This document shows, one piece after another, positions 1-13,414 of a stretch of DNA of 64,000 bases. The number at the start of each line of letters is the position of its first letter. Position 1 is the stretch's first letter. The stretch comes from Phoronis australis. Lineage: Eukaryota > Animalia > Phoronida. Where the stretch lies: contig NMRA01000087.1 of assembly GCA_002633005.1 (NCBI GenBank), forward strand, positions 310,001-374,000, given 5' to 3'. The notes beneath the pieces were generated by a model. That model made no database searches and was not told the DNA's origin. It worked only from the letters and a program-made list of their open reading frames with translations. The position numbers and the translations under genes were made by a program.

Positions 1-3000
1 ATTAAAAAAATTCTGAGGTGTGGTGGTCCCTGGCTGACAGATAGCCTTGTGACAAAGTTGAGAAAATGGCGAATTTAGGTCAGAGTGTCAACAACTGATC
101 AAAAGATGAATTACTGGACATGTTGACGTGGAATGTTTGTGCAAATTAACACACGCAATGGTGCTCTCCAAACCAGTTACGGATATCTTGTCTACATTGT
201 GTCTTACGTGCAGTATACTGTCCTGCATTTTCGATCAACTTCGAGTTTTTAATCGTGTAAGTGGACACCAGTATCCGAACGCCCATTCCATCTTCTTTCT
301 GATTATCACTAGTCCCAGTGCAACCTTTCTCTCTTCCTTCGGTTACCCATTTACTAACAAGAACCTCCAATCTCCCCCGATCTTTTCCCTTTGCCTGATG
401 GTAATCGTCACGTGACAGTAATCATATTTCCACGTGTGACACTTACTAATTGTACCTCAAAATACGGATACTGTGTCCATCTCTACATGCCACACTTTCA
501 CATTTTTTATGTTCACGTTCATCTCCATAGACACAAATAGTTGCGTGGATGATCGTACATTTCGTGTTTATTGACGTCAAACGCAGTCGGTGGGTTTACG
601 TTTTTAGATGAACGAGGGAAGTATATGTTCATAAGAAAAGACTTATGAAATCAGTGCTTAGGGGGCGAAACTTCTCTGATAATAGTAGTTTCAATAATTA
701 TTTACAAATTTATATGAGCTTTTGCTTCAAAGAGCTGCAATATTATTTGAAGTATTTTGTATTGTAGTATATATATATACATTATTTGCTTTCTGTTAAA
801 ATCTTGTGACAAATAATTCAGAAATATAATCTACGCTTAGTTGAAATATCTTTGAGTTTTTCTCTGACCAAAACGTGAACATTTAGTGTCAACCTATTTA
901 GAGTACACTCAGATGGTCATTTGTAAATCCAGGAATACCTCAGGCCATCTTCTGATGTCATGTAAACCGATGTATTAATTGTTCAATGACAGAGATGCGT
1001 TTACCAGTCATACGCTTAAGTCATGCTTGTCCGTCTTACTATGTTACATTTTTTACATTTTAACATTAATACTGTACACGAACAGACTACCATACTAACT
1101 GGGTATTCAAAAACCCAACCAAAAGAAATGTTCAAGGTGAAAAAAACACTGCACACACTTTAGCGCAGCACTCTTAAAAAAGCGGAACTTCTTTCTGTGG
1201 CAGCTAACATATACGACAAATATAAGAACATATTGATACACGGATACAACAATACAAAAGCTTCAATCGAAAATATTTCAGTTGCAGAAATCTGTTAAAT
1301 AATTCTCAACAATTAAAATGGTATTAAACCAGTGCTTTCTGTCAAAAATAAACTTTTGATTTAGCCAACTTATCGTTACAAAATTGATTTTATCTTGTTC
1401 CTTACTCTGCTTAGAAGTAATTTCTGGACGTGGCTTCTTCCAAGCCCTGAAATCGGACCTTTTTGACTAAGGAACAATTTGAGACCAAGTTCATAACGGT
1501 CTAGTTCATGTTTTGACAAAAAGCAAGGGTTTGATGCATCTTTACTTTAAACAAACAGTAAAAAAATACTTTTCGCGAGAAATTGCCCGTATAATTCTGA
1601 GCGCAAGCACGCGCACGTGATGACATAAGATATTAAGAATATCACGTGATAGAAAACTATGGCAATAAACGTTCCAACAAAGTCGGACAATTTTGTCCCC
1701 TTTTGCTTCAGTTGAAGTAGGTTCATCATATGTTTCTCACTGTTGGGTGCCTTTTGTTAGCTTGGTCCCAACCAATTTTCAGAACTCCCTTAGCAAGCGT
1801 GGAATGTCACGTGGTCTTCCGGCTGGTGTGCTAGTGGTGTGACGTATGTGAATTACAATATCAGTTGCTCGGATCCAAACTTAGCTTAGTCAATCAGGAT
1901 ATCTGTGCATGTATTCAATTACTGTCTTTTACCCAAGAAAAGACCTAATTGATGCCTTGGACAGAGTAATTATCGTATGTTGTTGGCAATACTGTGATTC
2001 AACAATTAAATATTTTTAAAATCTGAGGTAAGAGGAATTCTACCTTTTATCTGAAAACGTATCGTATGAAAAAAGATATTCGTGTAATTTGAAAATATCC
2101 AGAGTTATCAAAGTTATTGTCCAAGAATATCAGTATCACAGTATGTGCTGCTCGTGAAGAATGAACAGCGTGAATTCAAGTAGTTTGCAGTGTGCACGAA
2201 ACTAGCCTCAGTTCACTTGCGTGTAGTTGGTTTGAAGTTTCCCCTGAAACCCACATAGTTTTTCTTGAAGCTTGCATATGTTTGAGATTTTTTGATAAAT
2301 AACCAAATGTCGAGTTATTCTTTGCACTCTGTCGTACAAACCCACGAGTCACAACGCACCGTGTAACTTAAAGTGCCGCCATGTTTTCACCGCCACAATC
2401 AATAGGCATGCGGGCTCCAAAGGGAGGCATTATGTTACTGTGTGAGATGAATCACGTGGTTCTTGATTTCCGGAAATTTTTTTTTTCCGCAACAACCTAC
2501 TTCTGGGAACTGTTTATCAATGAGTCTATTGTCTTTTGTCTAAAAGCTAAAAATCAGTCGACAGATGGTTTGGCTGTTTCACAAAATAAGGCTAAGACTA
2601 AAAGTCAGGAAATCTGTCTACTGAAGACTGGAAGGAAAAAGAAAGAAATCTGTAGCCTGCTCCGGAGCAGATTAAAAGCCAAAGTTAAAGGACCACAAAT
2701 CGACATTTGGCGTAGTTTCTTCCAGAAACAGGCCCCAGCTCATCCAAAACCCTCCCTACATTTTCTTATCCAGGAAACTTAATTCAAAACAGACTCTAAA
2801 ATTTATTTGTCGTAGAACGTATTTCCCTAACCAAATACAAAAATTAATTGTCTTTTGTGATGAAGATGTCTCTCATAACCGAAACGTCAAAGCTGCTTTT
2901 CGCTCCGTTTAGTTGGTTAAAAAACGAAACTCGAATTGAGTCTTTTACTATCCTAAATTCGGTATTATTGTATTCCTTACCGTGATACGACTCTATTTCC

Positions 3001-5111
3001 GTTATCAGCTCAAGTCAGAGGGAATGGGTACACGCGCCATTTTCGAATTCGAAAATTAAGGATTGACTTACCCCGATAAACTCTAAAGCTTTTTCTTTTT
3101 GGTAACGGAAATGGAGAATCCTATCACAGAGATCGATTTAATGCCAATGAAATCCCTAATTCGATTTTTTGTTTTTAACCAGCTTTAATTTTGCTTGGAA
3201 AAATTGCGAAGTACGTCAAACCACGTGATTCGCCTTAATTCAGTCACAGTGTCTAGAAACCGATATGTTGCTGCCACAGTCTTCTGCAATTGTTAGTCTT
3301 GGAATGAAACGTTATTACGCTTGCCAATGAATATAAGTCATTGGATTGCACTCATTTGCAGTATCTAGAATTTGGTACACAATCTCGTGCGTTTATAGTA
3401 ATGGAGTTTACCATCTATTGTAACGAAGACCAAATCAACAACGACAAAAACCAATGTTTCTCCTCGCCCGACCCTCACTCCTCTGATATAGGCCGATACG
3501 TCGGTAAAATATTTTATTTTTCTCTTTTCACTGATGGCGCGCTCAGTTCAGTTACAAATATATTACATTTTCACAATTGTAAAAGAAATCTTTTGTCAGT
3601 TTGCAAATAACATGTTTTGAGTCGCGCGAGGGGAAACACTTTTGATTTAGTATACGCTTCAACCATTCTCCTGATAACTTTTCGGTGAAAAAAGATGTTC
3701 ATTTAACAAAGCTGGAACCCCGCCCCCGTACAGCATCATTCTATTGTTGAACGATGTTTTTGAAGCCCAACAGTCAAGTTTGATGGTTAAACAAAGCCAG
3801 ATCTTCTGCTAATTTGATTCCCTTCAGTAAGTATGGATGTTTGTAAGACTTTTTCTCAGTTCACGGACTATAATTACCGGTGTCAAAGACTAAATATTTC
3901 ACTCAATATTTTTATTGTTCAGTTAAAACAGCTATAAACTTACCTTTCATCACAAAAACTAAATTTTGATACAAGCCACAATTACCGTTATGAAAGTGCT
4001 CCTCAGTTAAATTTGAGAAGATTTCTTGGCCAGACTTATCATTGCTTGACACCAAACTCTACAAAGTGGCTTGTCACGACGTGTCATTTTACTGCTCATA
4101 GCGACATAATCTCGGCGTATAAAATGACAAACAGTTTAAAATAAAATGTCATCCATATAAACTGACAGTTTTCAAGCCCAGGCATCATTTTTATCTGAAT
4201 TAGTAACTAGTTGAAATCAGTTGTGGTACCATTCGTAGACCAAACTTCTTGCAGTCACTTAAAATCACGCGATTAAAAGGCGAGTATTTCGCAAGTGTGC
4301 CCGATCTCCTACTAGCGGCCACAGTTGAACGCTGTGATTGATCAGTGAGATTGGAATGTTGAATATAATTGGATGAAATTGATAAAGAATGGCATAGAAT
4401 TCACTGTTTCTGTTCCTGAAGCGAAGATTTCTTGCTGGATATACAAACCTAATTTATTGCACCACGGAAACGCAGCCCAGTGTCAAAGCGGTATTATAGT
4501 TAGTCCAAATCACGCTTTCTTTGACAGAATGCGAGTTTGTAACGGCATTAATACATTTAGACCACGTGTCTTTTCAACTGGGTGAACCCTAACCCTGAAG
4601 TGCCATCAACGTTTTATTGAACGAGAAAAATCACTATTGACACCGCAAGTCGGAGCCTCAAGAAGTCATTTTGGTGGTCTGGCTCTTTCCATAGACAAAC
4701 AATATGCAGTACTTAAGGTGGCGTTCCGCACACGCAAGACACTCGCGAGACTTTTGCGGCGATAAACCTTGGCTTTTGGAATGGAAATAAAGATTTTCTT
4801 ACAGCTTTAGTAACATTCCAAGTCCCGCAGATCCCATATTTTCAATCGGCCATTTTCTTATGGAACGCAAGCAAGGTCACAGTTTACTCACGAAACACTC
4901 GCCTTTTACTCGTCTTATCGTACGTGGTCTTGGTGGACCCTGGTTTTTTTGCAAGAAATTTGTTATACACAACGTAGCTCATGCAACTATCCCTACACCA
5001 TCCATTGCTGGGTATTGAACCAGACGTAGGCGGCGTCCAAAGGCGATGTATTGCCCAACGACAACGCTGCCCCTAATCTCACTTTCCCCATCATCGTCTG
5101 TATGATTACAG

Positions 5112-5195
5112 TGGTCCTCCAACGGCTCCCAAACCTTCCCCACCGGTACATCAACCACCTCAACCCCAACCGGTTCACTATCAACAACAACCGCA

Positions 5196-5226
<31 letters not shown>

Positions 5227-5425
5227 CAGCGACACCAACCGCAGTACCAACAACAACCGGCTCAACAGGCGTATCAGCCCGCCTACCAACAACAGTTGAG
5301 CCCGCAGCAAAGAGCCCCGCAGCAGCAGCCAGCTGGGGCCAAGCAGGCGCAGAAGAAGAGCGCCGTCCTGGCGGCATTTGAAGACGAACAGGCGGGATCC
5401 TTGACGGGAGGACTCAGAACCAACG
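5112..5425 (+). CDS. Zasp-like exon: Pro/Gln-rich linker
   Basis: Acceptor gattacag|t with CTAAT branch-like site near 5073; donor g|gtagga. Reads GPPTAPKPSPPVHQPP...Q12...KKSAVLAAFEDEQAGSLTGGLRTN. This frame is absent from the ORF track. Confidence 0.75.
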
Positions 5426-8400
5426 GTAGGAGAACGGTTGAATGGTCACTGAAATGTTAACATGTTTATGTTGAACCAATTTAAAGACCAGTTTTATCAA
5501 AGGTAGTACGCCCGTGATAGCTGAAAATCCCACAAGCGCACGATAACAAAATCGATGCTATTTTTTTACCACAACAAAACAACGCAACCTGGCAACACAT
5601 TGCCACTAATTAGATTGTATTTCGCTCGCACACTTAATAGTCATCTCCGTAAGCCACTTCTATGAACTGTGTGCCAGCAAACATTTAAGATGTCACCATT
5701 TTATCTACGACTGGGCGCACCACTTTCGATAAAACTTTACCTAGCTCCATTGTTAGGAAAATTTATTAACTTTTTTTTTAAATTTCGTTAAGGTGTTTCT
5801 CTTCCTCCAAATGAACTCGTAAATCGTGTCGTGTTTTTTCATAAAGTAATGGAAATGTAAATAAATAAAATAGAATAAAATATCATGAAATAAATGTGTT
5901 ACAACTGATGTTGTTTTAGTTAGTTTATCGTTGCTCGTAGTCAATTCGCTTGCCGTTAGCAATACATAATTATCGCATGCGCTTGCAAGGCAAGTATTAC
6001 GTGAAGCCTTTTGTGAATGAACTCATCAAATGGAACGTTGAGGTTCGAAGACGTCATCGAGAGTGGACAGCTAAAGTAGACTTGGATCTGCAGATCACCA
6101 ACTCGTGGTAAAATATTGCTTCTAGAGAAGGTTTGTAAATTAAAAGCCCTGACTACGCCTATACGCACCCCAATGGTGTCTTGCCATTTATTTGTTTATC
6201 AGACTTTGAGCATTCAACTATTGTTCCTTGCAACTAAAAAGGGTTCGTTGATGGACCACTTAGCACCTAGATCTTTGTACTCTCCTGTTCACTTTGGGGC
6301 TTAGTCACTAAGTGTCGCCCAGTGCGTGACAGCTGTATTATCTAGACTCGGTGTTCGATGCCACCACTTTGATGATGTCACGCAAGTATATTCAGTTCTG
6401 ATTTCCTTGTGAATAAGTAATAAATTGTTTTTTTTTTTGTTCATTGCCCTTTGCTGCACACACTATGAAGAATTCTTGCAACGACCTATCTCATCAGTTG
6501 ATGTGCGATTAGTGGTTCAGACAGGTTTTCCATATTATTAAAATTGTTCACGACTCGGCGATCATTTTTGAAACACGCCGAAATGGGTCTGTCGACCCAC
6601 AGGGTGACCCTAGACACACGGGCCGTTTCGGTCTCGGCGAAGCCAGTTCAGATGTTTTCGTGTAATTCCAGCTAACATGAAACCATGGGAGATTGAGGCG
6701 ATGCGGGCGGAGAAAGCACAGGAAGAAATCGAACGGCTCACGCAGGAGAGGAAACAGGGTAACATTGGCGGCAGAACCATGGATATCACCTACGGCTCGG
6801 GTCAACCATCCGGTCCTCAAGTGGTCCATCTGCAATACAACACCCCCATGGGAATGTACTCAAGGGGAAACGTCGATACCGCCTTGTCCGACCAAACCGC
6901 TGGAAGACCCGGTGAAGGAACACTTCAGTAAGTCTTCTGTCGTGGCTTGGCTGTGTCCGTTTGGCAATAAAGAAACTTCTATCCAAAAGCCACAATGAAT
7001 GAAAAATTTTTTTAGCTACGCTTAAATCTTGAAAAGAGATGCCCCTTTTGACAGACCGCAATCACAGAACGAATTGATGTTTTTGCGAAATAATCCAATA
7101 CCGGAATTAGTTGTAAGTTGGTTACGTACCGTCCTAGACATTCCTTGACCTAGTGACTTTGGCGATTATTTAAATCACTCAATTATTAACCTTGTCGGCG
7201 CAGGTTATGTTGCCATGCGTTCTTGACAGCTCCAGTATCATTGAGAATGTTCTAAAACCCCCACCACCCCCTCGACCCACAGCCCTCGACCTGGTCCACA
7301 TAACCTTGACTCGATCTGAACATAGTACTGCTCTTCAATAAATGGCAGATTCAAACTTTTTTGGCAGAGTGGAGGAACCGACAAATATGTAACTTCTTCA
7401 GTAAATACAGTTTAAAAACAAGCTGTTAATTAAAAAGCATCTCAACGTTACATGGAGTATTTTGTAAATGAGTATAAAACAGAAAGCAAATAGAAAATGG
7501 AATATTACGTGCATTCCCATTAACGTACTCTCCCCCTAAGTTTAGTAGAACTGGGTCATTGGTAGCCGCTCGTGAAACTATTTCCGTGACAACGATAGCA
7601 GACTCACAACCGGCTATTTCAGATCATATTCTTACATGTACGTCATTTTCTGTTTTTAACCACCAGACTTGAGCCAGAGCAGAGTCGTGTGTATTAAGGT
7701 CTTATGGGAAAGACGTTCAGCGACGTAATGTGATTATGAAATGTGTAAAAAGCGCAAAAATACATCTATTGCTACAGGTCGTGGGTCGAGGGGGTTGTGG
7801 GTCATGAGATTTTGGGCCGAGGGGGTCGTAGAATGTGGGGGACGAGGGGGTTGAGGGGTTTTTAGAACAACCCCTCTCATTGTCTGTTCTTTTTCAATCT
7901 TGCATGACTTTCCTTCAAGTATGATTTCTCTAATTCGTTGTCGATACCAGAACTCTTCCCTGATGTAGTGCGGGTTCCTGGAAATAATGACCTCCAATGA
8001 TTATGTCTGTGTTTTGTATCCTCAAATGAAGCTATTTCAACTAAACAGCACTAGAGATTTTTTTCCGAATGAGTATACTTGAATTCAGATTATTATTTTG
8101 CGCAAGACTTCTGTTGCTGCAACAATGGCCGCCAAAGTGAATGGCTGCGTCTAATTGTCTTTGCCGTTTACGTCGCGGCTAAGACATCTGATTGGTTCAA
8201 AAGCCGGAAGTTGATTCCGCGGAGCAGACGAAGTCAGTGCAGTCGGTGAAGCTAGTGACACCGACTTTTCTGACATAAAAAAGTTAATGAGAACGCAAAT
8301 ACATAAAAGGTTGTGTGTAATTTGTTGTTTAGTGAAATCTGTTAAATCTACTGAAATTGTTCATTGGCGACAGAACTGAAGAAACTGTTTGAATGTTATA

Positions 8401-8636
8401 GCATCTCCGGAGGACACGGTCCACAGAATGACATCACACAATCGAAAACTTACAAACTGCTTCACGAGCAAGAGCGAGGCGGGCCGAAGGCGGCGCGTTA
8501 CATCGACTTTGAGGGACAGGAGATCGAATACTCCGGATATCAGGATCAAAACAGACAGTCCGGAGCATTTCAGAGACTGGCGGAACAGACGGGAACGTTG
8601 AATCAAGAAATGGCCATTGGAAGCTCAGATTTTTAG
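5112..8636 (+). CDS. Zasp/ALP-Enigma-family ZM-motif protein without C-terminal LIM domains (Zasp66-like), 3' exons only
   Basis: Exons 5112-5425, 6672-6927 and 8402-8636 join in frame (phases 2/1/2) via canonical AG/GT sites. Contains a ZM motif (VVHLQYNTPMGMYSRGNV), then ITQSKTYKLLHE and QSGAFQRL motifs typical of Zasp proteins. Stop after GSSDF. The start codon and any PDZ exons were not identified in the window. Confidence 0.8.
5194..5229 (+). repeat. Coding (CAG)8(CAA)3CAG microsatellite encoding Q12
   Basis: Read directly; lies in the Gln-rich exon frame. Confidence 0.95.
6672..6927 (+). CDS. Zasp-like exon with ZM motif
   Basis: ttccag|ct aac atg ... ctt ca|gtaagt; QVVHLQYNTPMGMYS. 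Confidence 0.85.
7240..7883. mobile_element. Degenerate MITE-like element in Zasp intron
   Basis: Left tgttctaaaacccc (7248 onward) is the inverse of right ggggtttttagaaca (to 7869). Repeated ccctcgaccc motifs on the left mirror gggtcgaggg motifs on the right. TSD unclear. Confidence 0.6.
8402..8636 (+). CDS. Zasp-like terminal coding exon
   Basis: ttatag|c atc tcc (phase 2 matches previous exon); NDITQSKTYKLLHEQE...RQSGAFQRLAEQ...GSSDF*. AATAAA at 9995-10000 is a candidate polyA signal. Confidence 0.8.
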
Positions 8637-11600
8637 ACTGTTTTAGTGCTGACTGGCCAAGTTCAGTATTTATTTCCGTTTGATCAAACCCTCACTTAGA
8701 AATTCAGAGTCTGTAGGTGTCACTTCCTGCACATGGTTTTCGAGTTCATAATTAGAGCAAAACAAAAAGTGCAAAAGCGTAGTTGTTTGGCGTATTACTC
8801 TGGTCTGTGATCAATAATTTAAGTATTGTTGACTATTGCTTAGTTTGTATGAAAATTGTTAAGTACATTTATCCCTGTTAAGTGTGTTTATGCATTTCGT
8901 AAAGCCATGTCTTTCGAGTCATTCTTCAATGGAAATCAATTATTCATGTGTTCGAACGAGAGGTCCCGTGTGCCATAAGCTAGGATTTTTAGTTCCAATG
9001 CCTTGTCATTGGAACTCAAAATTTTTGCCTCACCATATCTGTAGGCTACTTTCTATAGCATCAGCTTGTACACATTCGTCACGTCTAGGTCTTAGGAGAT
9101 CATTGAGATTGTGAATTTAGGGACTGGGATCCGTCTAGTACATTGGAGATCTCTGAAACGGTCTTTGCCACTAAAAGACTTTACAAGAACTTTTTGTATC
9201 CATGTTTGTTTAAGAAAGGAAGTAGACCTAACGTCCTAAATCTGTAGGACAATTGGTTTCTGGTACCGTGTAAAGACAAGCGCCTGTGATTTTGGAACTG
9301 GGTTCTTTAAGTAGGCTACGTGTAAATCGTAATTTTGGAGAGGGTTTACTACCGCCTCTCGTTGTGACCGTGGAAAGTGAGTGGGCTGCAGTCCACAACG
9401 ATACTGTCTCATGCAAGACATTGCGAGATATTGTCATTTATTAAAAGCAAAGTACGTGATCGCACGAGCTTTCTCTCCCAAGTATATCGTGTTACGGAAC
9501 GGGGTACTTGTGCCGTGCCATCTAAAGGGTTTTATGAGTACAGAAACTTTTTTGATTTTCTTAGAATCCTAGAAGGCGAACAACCCTTATCACGAGTGCA
9601 TTAGCCAGAATTCAGTTATGAGCAGTCGAGCGGCTTTGAAATCGTTCGGCAACTGTTGTGACTGTTTGCAACTACCGGCCGAGTAGAAAAACAAGTGAAC
9701 TAGCAGAATGCCCTGCCGTTCAATTTGCAAGGTTGGCACGGGTTATAGTTTTGTGATTGTTACCATATGAAGACTCGATAGTGTAATGAGGTTACTGGAT
9801 TTGTTAGTGAACGCTTGTGGATGTATATACCATGCAAGGCTAAGGCAAGTCTGTCTTAAAACGAAGTTCGTTGCTCAACTCCGGTTTTCTAATAATGATG
9901 ATGATTAGTCGTTAGTGCACGTGTGTTTGTGTGAACGGTTTCTATATACATGTTTTCTACCTTCATAAACTATAACCCATGCTGAAAAACGTTAAATAAA
10001 ACGTCGCCTACTGCTTTCCAATCAAATGCATTTTCTTTAAAGTAGATGATCAACGCATCTGCTTGTTTGCAGCCTGTCAATAGACGTAGGTGACGTCATA
10101 CTGGGTGCCTCTGCCGCCAGTGCAGTTTCCCAAGTTTCAAGCGAACCTGGAATACCTTGAAGGTTGCTCACGCGAACTAAAAATGATTGAAACTGATCTG
10201 AGTTTAACTATACAGTTATGGTTAACAGCCAGGTTCGTCCAGTTTCAGATGAAACAACACGGGAAACGGAAAGGTATATTTTATTGCATAGTAAAAACAC
10301 TCGGACTACAAATTATTAAACGGCGACAAGTTACAAATGGTTTCTTTAAAAATGCCAGTTATCCAGTTATGTTTTCGCCAAAATTCTAATTACTTTAAAA
10401 TGAGTCTAGCACTATAGACGTACGGCGATTTCTTGTTCAGCTGCCAGCAACCGTCTGGTTAACGGAGGTGCATAATTTACACGTAGACTTCACCGCTCCA
10501 ATAAAGGGCAAACCAAAATGTTCATTTTTTCTCCCGCTGCAGACATTTTAACAAAAAGTTAAGAAAATTTAATTCGTAAAAATGCTGCTTACGTCGACGT
10601 TAACACCTTCACCTAGAACTGAACTTAGCAAGCCTATAGACCAATTCCATCCTTACATTTAGAACCACGAAACTCACTGAGTAGCAGAAACGTACATTCC
10701 CCGTCAATAGCACATTTGGAAATGGCGATTGATACCGGAGATACAATGGTGTTTTTAAAAATCAACTAAACGTTCACCGGAATTAAACTGCGGGAGAACA
10801 GTAAGACCAATCGCACTCACAATTTTCCCGTCCCCAAGAAATCTAACACAAAGGGACATCGGAAGTAGTACAAAGCAAGATTTAGGTCGAGGGATCTGCC
10901 ATTTCGTGAATGGGCGTCCGCCAGAACAAATGAAAAAAAAAAAAACGACAACTGATTAACCACAAGACACCCTTGGCGTGACTTGGTAAGGCTGACAGAC
11001 AAACATGCAAAATCGCAAATTTCAAACTGGAAAAAAACAAATTAGCGGTGGTGATCTGAACCTGAACTCTGCTGGGTCGAGTCATTCATCACGACTAATC
11101 AGGAGTTGTGTCGCCAGATCAAAAATTAAAACAAAATAAAAAAACAAAAACAAAAAACAAAGGGCTCCACCCCAAACATGTACCAAATAATGGCTTAACA
11201 CCATGAGTATTACACAAAGTACACGTTTGTATAAATTGTTGTTAAAACAAAACAAATAAATACTATGATGCAACGATTAAATAAACACTATCACTACATG
11301 GTTAAAACGGCCACAAGGCCCTTATCACATAGCCAATAAGTTGTTATCTTAAATAACTGTTAAATTGCTGGGGAGTAACCACCATGTCCTAGAAAAGGGA
11401 AATAATCGGTTTTATGACATTTTTGGGAATTATGGTTGGATGAGATAGCTTTCCTGACCTCAATAACTTTGACAAGAGTTATAGGACAACAAAATTCGTT
11501 GTTGTTTGATTTTACTTCATATCGCCAATTCTCACTGCTATTTCCAGATTTTCCCTGAAATCAACGTCACAGACCTTACACGTTAAATACACTTAAAATA

Positions 11601-13414
11601 CTCTGACATTTCTCGAGCAGGGCTCAGCTACCACAGCACAGCATTGGACTGCAACCACAGTGTTGATGTAGAAGTTTGATTCTTTGCCGAGAGACTGATG
11701 ATCTAGGATTAAGAACCATATCATGTTGCATCTTAAGACTGACCTTGAGAATGTCCCGTTAAAAAAGGATTCACCAAACATGCATACCTAGCACCTTCAA
11801 TCAGTGTAACCACTTGCCTGTGTTATTCTGCATTGTGCATTCATAAATGAACTGAGGAGGTCAACACTTAGGGATAAAACTATCCATATGACTCCCTAAC
11901 ACTTGGCCACTTTCACAAAGAAATAAAAAAAATAAAAGGCTTATGAACTACTGCAACAAGAGTCACTAAGTAGTCTCATGGTGCCACGATAGCATATACT
12001 AAAAGCCAACAATGTAAGTTTTCTCCCAGGCCAAAAGGGCAGCTTTAAGTTACACAATCTTCGTCTGCATAACACATAGTGTTTCACTAGTTTCCCTAAC
12101 AAAGTTATTCACGACTTACACCTAAGGGCTAGCACAGATGGATAGCTGTCTGTCTCAGGTGAACCTTAGCTGAGCTGACAGCTCGCACCAAAGTGAGAAC
12201 AATTTAATGAAGCAGTGGTTAGTTTATTCAGTTGTAGTTGCACGTTCACCAACACTTTGGCGTAAGTTGCCAGGTCAACTATGGTTCACTAGGGGCAGAC
12301 AGCTCAGCTTATAGCCATTGGTCTGCAGAGGCTGTGCATTAGACAGTTTACTCATCCAAGGAGAAAGCTTGGCACTGTGCAGTCTGACATTAATTTTGTT
12401 AATTCTTTTTGTCCAAAATTGGTGAGACATTATGTCACTTCAAAATTTAAACATGAAAGTGTCCAAGGGCAACAGTGGGTTTATGATGGTAGAAATCTTT
12501 AAAACTAACTTATATCAAAAGCTTAAAAATTTGTACTGTCACTAAGAATATAAAAATATCACATTCTCAACTAATAAAGCTTGCCTACCATATAGAATAT
12601 GTGAATGAATACATTTGCAAATCAATGACTAAACTTAAAATTTGCATAGTTGTTCATTTGATTGGTCTACAATGACATCACAGTCACACTCTACCCTTGT
12701 TTAATCAAAAAAGAAAACTGCGCATTTGTGTAAGCTAAAAGTACCAATAAATCTCTTCTATGTGATGCCAATCAGAAATACATGACAGTTTAAATTACCC
12801 ACTCTTACAAAAATCATGCAATCAAAAACTCACATCCTGGCCTAATCTACTGGTGAAAATGGGACTGAGGTAAAGTATTTAAGCTTAATGAGTAGTCATT
12901 TTCTTTTAGCTCATGGCAATCTGAAAACACAAATCTTCAAAGATATCCTTCAAACAACACATACATTAATTTTGTCTGTTACTTGAATCACTGGAAATTG
13001 TTCTAGAATTTGAAGTTGTGTAGGGTTCTAACATTAACAAATAATAAGGAAACATAACCCTTTAGTAGAGCCAAGTTAGCAGGTATCTGGATAGCGCATT
13101 TGTACAACTTTGTTGTGGTAAAGATTAATTAAAAACCCCAGTTCAATAGTTCCCCATTGCACAAAGATGTTTACCTAATTTCAACAGTCAGAAGTCCCCA
13201 GCTAATGCCAGAGTCACCTTGCCATAAAAACAACAGATCTTTAACTACAACATCTTACCATGCTCAAGTCAATGCAAGAGTAAAAAGTTGAAGACCTACA
13301 GCATGCGCTGTGTATTAGTTTAAGAGGTAGAGTATACCATTGATCTAAGTTAAAGACAATGCATATTTCAGAGACACTAGTATGTCACCGAGCTGTTTCA
13401 GTGACAATGTAGGC

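Noticed and set aside
2381-2782. 133-aa Lys-rich ORF as a PDZ-containing Zasp exon
   Set aside because: No PDZ signature and no convincing splice sites
4978-5076. Alternative acceptor at 4977 extending the Gln-rich exon
   Set aside because: Stops occur in the relevant frames (TAA at 5074-5076); 5112 is the coherent acceptor
4979-5377. Minus-strand and shifted ORFs rich in A/V, L or S/N
   Set aside because: Shadow frames of the Gln-rich Zasp exon
6525-6665. GC-rich open frame (…DPQGDPRHTGRFGLGEASSDVFV*) just upstream of the ZM exon as an alternative terminal exon
   Set aside because: Available acceptors are phase 0 or 2, but the upstream exon ends in phase 1; no recognisable homology
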